From Vicugna vicugna (lineage: Eukaryota), in the NCBI GenBank assembly GCA_013265495.1, contig MU057744.1, positions 3,237,370 to 3,283,889 on the forward strand: DNA of 46,520 nt, in the 5' to 3' direction. Under the pieces are notes generated by a model. It was not told the origin of the DNA and ran no database searches. It was given only the letters and a program-made list of their open reading frames with translations. A program made the translations under genes and the position numbers. This document shows positions 21,405-30,662 of the stretch, piece after piece; the first letter of the stretch is position 1; the number at the start of each line of letters is the position of its first letter.

Positions 21405-23769
21405 GTTTTGAAGTATGAGAGCACAGGATTATGTCAGTAGAATGATTACAACAACAAAAAGCACTCCTTGTCAACGTAACAGGAAGCCTGAGCCAACAGG
21501 ACCGAACTGATCTCTCGACGCGGGTCTTTCCAGAGCCTTTAATTTGCTAAATGCGTGTGACTTCCAGAAGGAAGACTAGCGTATACCCTGTTTTTCCAGT
21601 CTGTTTGGCAGTGGGAATTTTTTCTCATAAAGCAGACCGCAGGATTAGTGTTCACTCCCTGAAGCAGTGCGCTCTATCAAGCTGACTATTTAAAGGCATT
21701 TTGTCCCCTGGAAAACACTGAAATGAAGACTCGACAGCAGTCGGGAAAGGGTAGAGCTATGTAACCGTTACTGCATCTAAAACGTGCCAGGGAGTCACCA
21801 GGGCTGGGCAGGGGCGGGTGAACGGGATGCCGGGTGAACAAAGCAGGACTTGCGCCTTCGGGGGTGGGGGCAGCTGGTGAAGATAAATGTGTGAAGAACT
21901 AACTGCAGGGCAGGATCAAATACATTCCAAGTGCAGGGCGAAAAAGCTACGTGCTGTAAGAAGTAAAGGGGGCATTGTTCATGCCAGACCTTTGTTAGTG
22001 GTTTGGAGCCTGCCCTGTCCTTCGTCTGGTGCTTCCCGTGGGGGGTCGCCTGCGGAGAGGTGCAGGCGGCGCGGTGTGGTTTTCGGTTCCACGCTGTTCC
22101 CACATCACACGCTTCTTCCTGGCTTCGCCCTCCCGGGGCCAGGCGGGGACACGGGTGCGTCTCCCTTTGGACTACGTCCAGTGTGGACCGGCACATCTAG
22201 GTTTTGAATTCCTCCTTTAATTCGGTTGCTTTACGGGGGGCATGGGGGCTTTGGTCCGTCTGCCTTTCCCTGCCCGAACCAGGAGAGCCCGGGCCATCCG
22301 TGGAGAGGACGGGCCGGCTGGGTGTCGCCACCCGTGCCCGTGGCACCCTCAGCGGCCTAGCCGGCTCTGCTCCGTCGTATCGCAGTTCCCAGGCCTCATC
22401 CCGGAGGTCTCAGGCAAAGGCATCTGTGCCACTCAGACGTGTCAGGGGCTTCAGCGCCAGAGCTGCCCCCAGACCTTTGTGTCGCAGTGTGGATGCTGGT
22501 GGGCGATTGCTGACCGTTCAGCGTGCAGGGCAGCTGTCCCCGCACCACGTTCCGGAGCAGATCGCGGCGGCTTGCTCTGCGCTTTGCTGCTGGAACCCCT
22601 CCTTCTAGACCTCTCAGTGGTTCCGCCCGCTTCTCCTCGGGATCTGCGCTCGGGGGCCCACCTGTGCCTTTCAGGGCAGCACTTGGTTTCTTTTTGTCAG
22701 ATTCTTTTACAGGAGCTCCTTTCCTCTTAAACTTCGCAGCAACAAACCCACAAGAGTAGCAGTATTACTGCCTCATTTCAGAACTGCTTACAGATGTTAG
22801 AGCAGTCTGGTTTAATGCCCACCAACGCCCTCTAGTAGATGACGGTGAGGCCCATCTGCGGGAAACCCCACGGCACTTGCTGCACAGAGTAGCCTGTGGC
22901 GTATTCTGACTCACTTGCTTTTATTCAACTATGTGCTGTTGCTCCGGAATTCAGTGCCTGTGGTTCGTGGAGGCCCAGACCTGAGTGGGCTCCGGAGCCA
23001 GCGAGGGATCCTGGACAGAGTCTGCCTCGTGTGGCCCTCAGGCCATCGCAGTGTAATCAGCAGTTCCTGTGGCCAGGAACGTGTATTTGTGACAAACGGT
23101 CAGGTGAAAGAGGTAATCTTAGTGAAATGCAAAAATATGTGTTCTCGTGGTGTGAGGATGTCACAGGAACTACGTGACTTCCTGTCAAATGTGATTTAGC
23201 AGAAAGCTAGGCGCCTGGATGAACGGTTCGGCCATCGTGAATTAAGGATCCGGGGCCGTTTGCCTTCGCAGGTCTGTCCGCTGTTTGGGTGGGCGAGGGA
23301 GAGGACTGCAGGGAGGGTGGCTGCCCGGGTGACGAGGGCAGGCTGGCGAAGGACGGCAGAAAGACGGCAGGGTCGTGACCGCCACACCGGGCACTCTCGG
23401 ACTTGACGTATCTGGCGTTAGCTGTAGCCCGGGAACAAATGCAGTGTTGTGAGTCAGCCGACTCTACTTCAATGAAAAGACAAACACGAGGAACATAAAG
23501 ACTGCAAACCTTCTTGCACCGTCACACCGACTTGTCCCGAAGTGAAAAGTACTCCTGTGAGTTTTGTATCGATTTGTCGTAACAGTGATACTCAAGTAAA
23601 ATACACTCCTTGTTCGCGTTTCTGATGGTGCTTGTCTTCAGCGGATGAGCTACCAACCCTTTTGATTTCAGAAGCACGTTAACCCCAGAAGTCCTGAATG
23701 CCCTCCACCCGACGCCCCGTGCAGCATTCTCGTACTCCCTCCGGAATCTCGCTTCCGGTCTAACCCCGC

Positions 23770-23905
23770 CGCCCACTCCCGCTTTTGCACTTGCCTCATC
23801 TCTGCCCTGGGTTAGAAATAGCCTTCTGACCGATCCATTTCCCTAAGGCTCCTTTCTCTACACTCCTCACATTGCCACCAGGATTCTCTCCAGAAAGCAA
23901 AAACA
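23770..23905 (+). mobile_element. L2 fragment (5' part of a split element)
   Basis: 'tcatctctgccctgggttagaaatagccttctgaccgatc...cacattgccaccaggattctctccagaaagcaaaa' resembles L2 'atcatctctcgcctggactactgcaatagcctcctaactggtc...cacacagcagccagagtgatctttttaaaacacaaa'. Confidence 0.6.
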
Positions 23906-24650
23906 CCTGTTAATATAGCAGTTCTGCTTCTAGAAAACTCTTACGCAAAAATACTTAAAAAGATAAAGATGTAAGTATCAAAATGTTACAGTTTCATCTG
24001 TGGCAAGACAGCTGGGTGACCTGAGTGTCTGCCAGCATGGAAATGATGAGAGTTCTCCAGGGCATACATACGAGAGACCAGCAGTCAGCAACTCAGCAAA
24101 GGGCCAGAGTAATATCGCAGGCTTTTCAGGCCCTGTGGTCCCTGTCATAACCACTCACCTCTGCTCGTATGTCCACAGAGTAGCTGTAGACAGTACATAA
24201 ACCAAGGAATGTGGCTGTGGTCAGTAAAACCTTATTTACAAAATCAGGGCAGTGCTGATCTGGCCGGGGGCCGCTGTGCTCCATCACAAGTGATGAGCTG
24301 GGTGCTGACAGGCCGGGGGACCGCTCAGTGCACTCTCAGGTACCAGTGCACCCCCAGACACGGCCTGCGCGTGTTAGCCTGTCTCTGCGGGTCTGTCTCT
24401 CATGTGACAGACACGTACTCAGACGGAGACAGATATAGAGAAATGGATAAGAGAGTTGCTGCAGCAGGCGTGAGAAAGAAAAATCCAGAAGACTCCATAC
24501 CACATGTTTCTAGAAGCTTCTCCTGACTTGGGACAGATGTGAAGGCCAGGAAATGTGCCATTTTAATACATTTTTATATATTTATAGGTACTTCTGTTAT
24601 CATTGCAGCTTTTACATCATTGTGGATTATATTTTTGTTGCACTGAAATA
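23906..24650 (+). mobile_element. L1ME-type 3' remnant, interrupted by MER58A
   Basis: 'agcagttctgcttctagaaa...aaagatgtaagtatcaaaatgtt...gcaagacagctgggtgacctgagtgtctgccagcatggaaatg' resembles the L1 ORF2 end (agcaattccacttctagga...ggaaacaacctaaatgtccatcaataggggaatg). The part after 24290 is weaker. Confidence 0.5.
24079..24287 (-). mobile_element. MER58A hAT-Charlie DNA transposon
   Basis: 'aaagggccagagtaatatcgcaggctttt...ccactcacctctgc...gctgtagacagtacataaacc...tgtggctgtggtcagtaaaaccttatttacaaaa' matches reverse MER58A across about 210 bp. Confidence 0.8.
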
Positions 24651-24651
24651 A

Positions 24652-24688
24652 TGGGTGATCTACCCAAATCTGGGTGATCTACCCAAAT
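24652..24688. repeat. Perfect tandem duplication, TGGGTGATCTACCCAAAT x2 (19-bp period)
   Basis: Copies at 24652-24669 and 24671-24688. Confidence 0.95.
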
Positions 24689-24699
24689 GTATATATATT

Positions 24700-25145
24700 C
24701 TTTTGCTGTTTAAGGACCCCTGTTGTTCCACACAGTCTGTGGGATGAGCTCTCGACTGTTTATCAGAGCATCACGGCAGTGGTGACCTACCCCGCTGCCT
24801 GCTCCTGTCTTGTCTCCCGATGTCTCGCCACCTTCCTCCCCGCTGCTTCTGTGACACCCTCTCTTCGCCAGGACCGCTCCCCTCCCTGCAGGACTCTTGC
24901 CCTGATTCTCCTCCAGCCAAATCCTTACTCTTATTTCCTAGCCCCGGCTACACGGTCCCTTCTTTCACATCTTTACCGTCCCCTGCAAGCAGAAGGCGCT
25001 CCCAGGCCTTGATTTTGATGGATGCCTGGGTCCGTTTTCCATATCCGCCATTAGTGTTAGCTTCTTGTCTTGGCATTTCTGAATCCCCACGCCTGGCATA
25101 CAGCTTGTCACCCAGTAAAGACTTGTAACATCTATGCAGATAAAG
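24700..25145 (+). mobile_element. L2 fragment (3' part of the split element, with terminus)
   Basis: 'ctgtttaaggacccctgttgttcc...ggatgagctctcgactgttt...gtgacctaccccgctgcctgctcc' continues the L2 consensus. It ends in 'tgaatccccacgcctggcatacagcttgtcacccagtaaagac'. Confidence 0.6.
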
Positions 25146-25544
25146 ACTTCTAGGTAAGGAAATATTCTGAGTATCTTAGTAACGTGATAGGGAGATTTTT
25201 GCACTGAAACTTAAAATATTCAGTGAAGTCTAAATTTTTTGAACATCTCCATCTAGGAAAGGGTCATTTGTTAATGATCTGTCAGAGAAAGTGCACATCT
25301 GGGTCTGCTCTCGGTCTGTGTATTCTCAGGCACCATCGGCAGGCACCATCTAAGTAGCCAACACAAACGCAAGCTTTCTGCATTGTGAGTCAAACAGCAC
25401 ATTCAATTCTAAGATGTTGACTTTATAGCTATATTTGCACTCAAAGAATTCAGATGCAAATAATAGGATATCCTATTAATGGCCTAGAATATTAAGTGAT
25501 TTCTTGTCTCAAATGTGGAATAGTCTAGGGGAGGGCAGGTGTTG

Positions 25545-25975
25545 ATCTGGAATTAACTGCTCAACGCTGCTTCCTCACACACTGGCTTTCATCCCCATCG
25601 TGTTGCCTCATGGTTGCAGGGCGGTTGCTGCTCCACCAAGAACCATGCCCACATTCAGGGCAGGAGTTAAAGCATGAGAACAAAAGACCTTCTCTTCTGT
25701 CTTTAATTCTGAAAGAGAAGGCTTTGCTAACAGCGTTTGCCTTACATCACATTGGCCCCTCACCCGTGGCCGCTCATCAGTCTGCTCTAGGGACTTGAGA
25801 TGAAGAGGGTTAGTTTAAATCAGTCTCGATTCAGCCCTCAGACTTGGGGAGATGAGCGGAGCCTCTTTTAGTTACAGGAGCCTCTACCTGTCACCTCAAT
25901 GCATAGGATTCAGTTAGCACGGAAGACAGAGTGAGGCTGAGTCCTTGGTGAGCAGAGACCTTCTGAATCAGCACT
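25545..25975 (-). mobile_element. MLT1 (ERVL-MaLR) LTR remnant, MLT1J/K-like
   Basis: 'gcctcatggttgcagggcggttgctgctccacc', 'ccttacatcacattggcc' and 'ggattcagttagcacggaaga' match recalled MLT1J/K motifs (gcctcatggtcacaagatggctgc; tcattggcc; gttctgttagcaaggaaga). Confidence 0.6.
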
Positions 25976-26044
25976 GTGTGGCCGTTGTCAGGTTGGTCGG
26001 CGGGTGGACCTGGATATCCTAGAGAAAAATCACAGCATTTACAG

Positions 26045-26235
26045 TTAAAGGATTCTAATTCCCCTGTTTAGCAGCTGTGGGAACGTGAGATAATTAACTT
26101 CTCTGGACTTTCTGCTCAGTCTGTAAAATAGGAGAAAACGCCACGTATCTCAGGGGATGGCTGTGAGGACTGAGTCAAGACGGCTGACTTCCAAGCCCGG
26201 CTGGCCACGCGTGGCCAGGCACCAGGAGCGCCAGG
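26045..26235 (+). mobile_element. MIR SINE remnant
   Basis: 'ttaacttctctggactttctgctcagtctgtaaaataggagaaa...tctcaggggatggctgtgaggactgag' matches the MIR core. Confidence 0.7.
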
Positions 26236-27781
26236 CCTCCTTCACTGGTCTTGGCGCAGGGGCTCAACTGGATGGGTTCTCACCTGCATCCCTGAGCTCA
26301 GCCTCTGCTGGAGCCCATGGTGTCACTGGTCTCTGTACAGTCATGGCTGTGTCAGGTTAGATACAAAGTGGGTGCTCTGAAAGCACTGAGTACACTCGAG
26401 CAGTCAGAGCGGGAGTGCCTCGGGAGTGAGCCTAGTTAAAGAGAGCAGCGAGGGGCTCACAGCGCGTAGCCGTGCCGTGTTGCTTCCTCATGAAAGCCAA
26501 ACGCTATTTAAACACGGGGAAGAGAAAGATGTGTAAAGTCAGGGTGTAGGGAAAAAAGCTTAATTTAGGAACCAGTGCAAAGTGAAATGTCTTTTGCGTC
26601 TGAAGTCCGTGGGTGGCATAGCTTTGATCAAATAAAATGGCAAAAACAGTGACAGCGTCGCATTAGATAAAACAGCGAGTCGGAGGTGCTGCCTGCATCC
26701 AGCGTCGGGGGCTGCGGCCATCCTTTCCCTCTGGCAACTTCCTCCAAAATCTGGGCTTCCATGGGGTCGTAGAGGGATGTGGGTGAAGCTCCTCAATTTA
26801 GAAACAAGAATGCTCTTGTCCAGTGTCCCTACTGAGAAAAAGGATCGGCAAGCTTTTCCCTCCATGGAGGACAAGGACCCCGTGTACCCTCAGGCATTTC
26901 CCAGATGCTGCTCTGGGTGCAGAGACGGGAGGTTTTGGGGAAATTACTCCTGAAAGCTTCACGTGCAGCAGGTCTGGAACCCTTCCTGTTGTAAAGGACA
27001 GACTCGAGCTCCCTGGAGAAAAAGGATTTGGAAAAAACCCCAGATGCAAAAACCTCCCATATCTTCTTTATGTGAAGTGTGACTTTTGGAGCTCTCCTGA
27101 GCTGCAGCTCTGCAATAAGTGCTAGCCAATATCCCTCCCCTAGTCTGAAAGCCTGCCTTAGCTGTTCTCATTTGGGATCATAGCTCCAAAAAAATGTTTG
27201 TTTCTTTAGGTAAGTTTCAAAAAAAAATTTAGATTGGTTTTGAGAATTACTGAAATATCAAACAGTAACTGTATCTTTGACGTCCACATGAATAATCCAG
27301 TAACATTTTTATATTTATTATTAAGGAAATAGTTTGAAGCTTGCAAGTGTTACTGCTTGCTTCGTCAGGAATGTGTGAACTGCAGCCTTGCACGGTGAAG
27401 TATCGCCCTCTGAGGAGACTCATTTGGGAAACCCCAGGTGCTCTTTATATTTAATACAGGCAGCTTTTTAAGAAGTGCAGGACCGCCTGTGAAAGGGTTC
27501 GAGACTTCCACCTGGATGGGAGGGATTTTTCAGTTTTCAAAACCTTACCTAAAAGAATTCTGCCATGAAAAAAGGTTTAAAAGCACATGCTGTCTTTTAT
27601 AATACGAGTAAATTATGGTCTCCTTAGACAGAAAGTTCAACTCAGCGTTACCATGTGCTCTCAGAACCTCCAGAAGCTCCCGGTGCAGCAGCCACTGTTT
27701 ACCTGTGGCAGTGCCTGCAGCGTGTTTGATCAAGTCTCTGTTTTAGTAAAAGGCAAAAGATTTATATGATCTGAAGAGAAA

Positions 27782-27981
27782 GTTAACCACTATATATAAA
27801 AATAGATAAAAAGCAAGTTTCTTCTGTATAGCACAGGAAATGATATTCAGTATCTTGCAATAACCTTTAATAAAAAAGAATATGAAAATGAACATACGTA
27901 AATATGTGCAGGACTGGCACATTGTGCTGTACACTAGATACTGACACATTGTAACTGACTATACACAGTAAAAAACAAAAA
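27782..27981 (+). mobile_element. 5'-truncated L1 3'-UTR end (copy 1)
   Basis: 'ccactatatataaaaatagataaaaagcaagtttcttctgtatagcacagg...taacctttaat...tgtgctgtacac...ttgtaactgactatac' plus an A-rich tail; a typical artiodactyl/camelid L1 3' end. Confidence 0.85.
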
Positions 27982-28024
27982 TTTTTTTAAAAAAGCCATG
28001 CAGCACCGGCACCTCTTACCTAAA

Positions 28025-28210
28025 ATATATAAAAATAGATAAAAAGCAAGTTTCTTCTGTACAGCACAGGGAACTACATTCAATATCTTGTAATAACCTT
28101 TAATGAAACAGAGTATGAAAACAAATACACGTGCATGTGTATGGGTGACTGGAACACTGCCGCACACCAGGAACCGACAGATTGTGACGACTGTACTTCA
28201 ATTAAAAAGA
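28025..28210 (+). mobile_element. 5'-truncated L1 3'-UTR end (copy 2)
   Basis: The first 37 nt are identical to copy 1. It continues 'gcacagggaactacattcaatatcttgtaataacc...ctgtacttcaattaaaaaga'. Confidence 0.85.
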
Positions 28211-28744
28211 AGATTCCCCCTGAAAACCCAGAACAGATTCCATTTTCAGCCTCTTGGTGGAAGAAGGCGCAAGTGCTGTACAGAATGAGCTGCGGAATGC
28301 CTCTGCATCACGGAGGAGCAAGCGCGTGGGGTGCTGCGCTCGCGGCGTGGAGCAGCGGACGGGTGAGGCAGACTGCTGACTCGGGGAGAGGCAGCCTGGG
28401 CTCAGGGCTGCTGCTCCCGAGCCCAGCGAGGGCAGAGAGCAAAGAGGGTTTCGGCTCAGGGCAGCGAGTCTGAGAGGGGGTTCCGGGGGAGACGGGTTCA
28501 GCTGAGAGGCTCTTGGCTGCAGACACCGAAGTCCGGTCGTGCTTGACCCCTGTGCTCCTGAGAGAAGACCGACAGGTGTTCTGCATCCATCCTTTCTTTT
28601 TTTCTTATCGCCTGTTTGTTTCTTCATGCATTTCCCCTGTGCGGTCTTCTCTGTTGAAAGGGGCACTAAATGAGGATCAGACCCCTGTGGGCATCTCTCC
28701 TGTTGCCTCCATCGCAGCACAGGACCACAGCGAAAAGTGCAGAC

Positions 28745-28900
28745 CACGGAGCCAGACTCCTGGGCTGGAATCTGGGTGCCTCCTGTTACCATCTTATGTG
28801 TAAAATGGGAGTAATAGGAGGTCCTCCCTTATGAAGCTGTTATAATGATTTCATAAATGAGTAACTCCTTAAAATAATGTCTAAAACAGAGTAAACACCC
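28745..28900 (+). mobile_element. MIR SINE remnant
   Basis: 'ggagccagactcctgggctggaatc' (head) and 'tgtaaaatgggagtaatagg...gctgttataatgatt' (core). Confidence 0.7.
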
Positions 28901-29279
28901 TGTAAGGATATCCTAAATCAATCTTTAACCTTAGGACCAGTTATTAAACAGGAAAACAACATGAAAGATTGTTCAGCATTTTCTCATTTCTCTCAACAAT
29001 GCCACTCGGAACTTGATGTCATACTCCCTGGCTCCCTCACCCCATGGCACATAAAAGTTTATGAAAGGAAAGGAGGAAGAAGAAAAGGCAGGCGAGGAAG
29101 GAAGGACAGACTCTGCCCTTGGGAGGGGTGTACTGTCGGACGATCGTGCCAGGGGGCGACCGAGCAGTGGAGTATGAAGTACAGCGTTCTTCGTCCAGGA
29201 GCTGGGACAGAGGTCCTCTCAGCCAGTGGTCCTCTCAGCCAGAGGTCTCCACCTGTCTGAGTGCTGCACCGTACTGTCT

Positions 29280-29700
29280 GTATTCTGGAAGAGGTTATTA
29301 GACAGATGGCTGTGAACAGTGGAAGAAGAGAGGCCATCCTTAGGAACAAGCAAGAGCTCATGGAAAGGAAGTCATGCCAAGCCAGCAGCATCATCTGTGT
29401 GATGAAAGAGATCAGCAGAGTCAAACATTGTGCGTCTTGGCTCCAGAGAGACATTGGACGAAGTTTCTCAGGGTACAGTGCTTGAAAAGAATGTGGATTG
29501 CTTAATCATGCAATGAAACGGGTGTTTAATCGGATCAATAATGATAAAAAAGAAAACTAACATTATTCTATGAAACTGTTTTCTGGAAATTGTGCTATGT
29601 GGGGTGGGATAGTTATAATCAACTGTAACAAAGACTTCAAGTAGACAAACATTGAACATACCATGTTTAAGTCAGTAATCACGAAGCCCCAAATTTGGGC
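29280..29700 (+). mobile_element. CR1/L3 LINE reverse-transcriptase remnant
   Basis: ORF 29261-29485 contains ILEEVIRQMAVNSGRREAILRNKQELMERKSCQASSI, resembling CR1/L3 ILEQIIKQ..CEHLE...VITRSQHGF.KNKSCQTNLI. Downstream 'agagagacattggacgaagtttctcag' (RETLDEVSQ) resembles SKAFDKVSH. Confidence 0.7.
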
Positions 29701-30519
29701 AGTTTTTGTTTAAGGGAATGAGGGCAGTGGATGGCGCACAGAAGGTGAAGAAGCACAGCCTTCCCCTACTGTTCCCCTAGCAGCCAGCTTTCAAGGCTGC
29801 CTAAGGATTTATGCTGTTTAGACACAAGTGCAGTCGGGGAGAAATGAAGGCTGTGGAGAGCTGACTGGACTCTAGGTTTCTGTGTAAGATGGTAGCGACA
29901 AAATTAAACCCCTCAGGTAGCTGGAGGGTCTGTTTCTGGACACCCGTACAGTGTGCCCTTGGCCAGTTCCTTCTCATCAGGGGAACATAAGGAACACAGA
30001 ACTGGGTTTGACCTTCGATCGTCCACCTCAGTTCTCAGCACCTCAAGCTCGGCCATCCCAGGAGACTGCAACATGCAGGGGTCTCGTCCAGAAACGCTGC
30101 ACCCGGCATTACAGGGACGCAGTCTGCAGCACAAAACACCACTGTTAGGCCCGATGTTGTGCAAGTCTTTTGGAGTTCCACGTATTTCCACCCTTTAACA
30201 ACTCTTAAAGTCATGAGTGACAGAAGTTTACTATATACTGATTCAAGGGTACTTTTATTTATCCTAAACTGACTCGTGAAATCTCCAAGGCGTTACTTCC
30301 ACCACCCTCTCCAGCTCCGGGTTTCAGCAGCATCTGGCTGTAAACGGCCCGTGTTTACCCAGCCCAGGTCCTCTGATTTTGCAGACGTCCACCAGCTCCC
30401 TCTGCCCGACTCGTCTTGGCACACCTCACGGCCCCTCCTGACCTTGCTCGTTTCCACCGCCTTCCTCGGACCCTTCCCCGGCCTCTAAGGATTCTCACGG
30501 GGCAGGGACACGGGGCGTG

Positions 30520-30662
30520 TGTCCTTGCTGTGAGGTGGGCGACTTGCACCGTTGGTTGGCAGGCAGAGTTTTCTGGTGCGGTGAGGGGATTTGGATGGGG
30601 TTCAGAAATGACTTGGACATTTCCCACACGCAATCCTGTAATTCCTCTCCTCGGAGCCACGA
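30520..30662 (+). mobile_element. Old L1 ORF2 C-terminal remnant
   Basis: Translates ...TFPTRNPVIPLLGA, resembling L1 ORF2 LPYDPAIPLLGI. Confidence 0.45.

Noticed and set aside
27535..28030. Minus-strand TTTTAG|GTAAG motifs near 27548 and 28019
   Set aside because: The pyrimidine tracts are weak or L1-derived. Their presence also shows that AG|GTAAG motifs arise by chance on either strand, which tempers the recursive-splicing leads.
28202..28792. Longest ORF (196 aa, - strand)
   Set aside because: It starts inside a MIR, crosses a GC-rich patch and has no recognisable domain.
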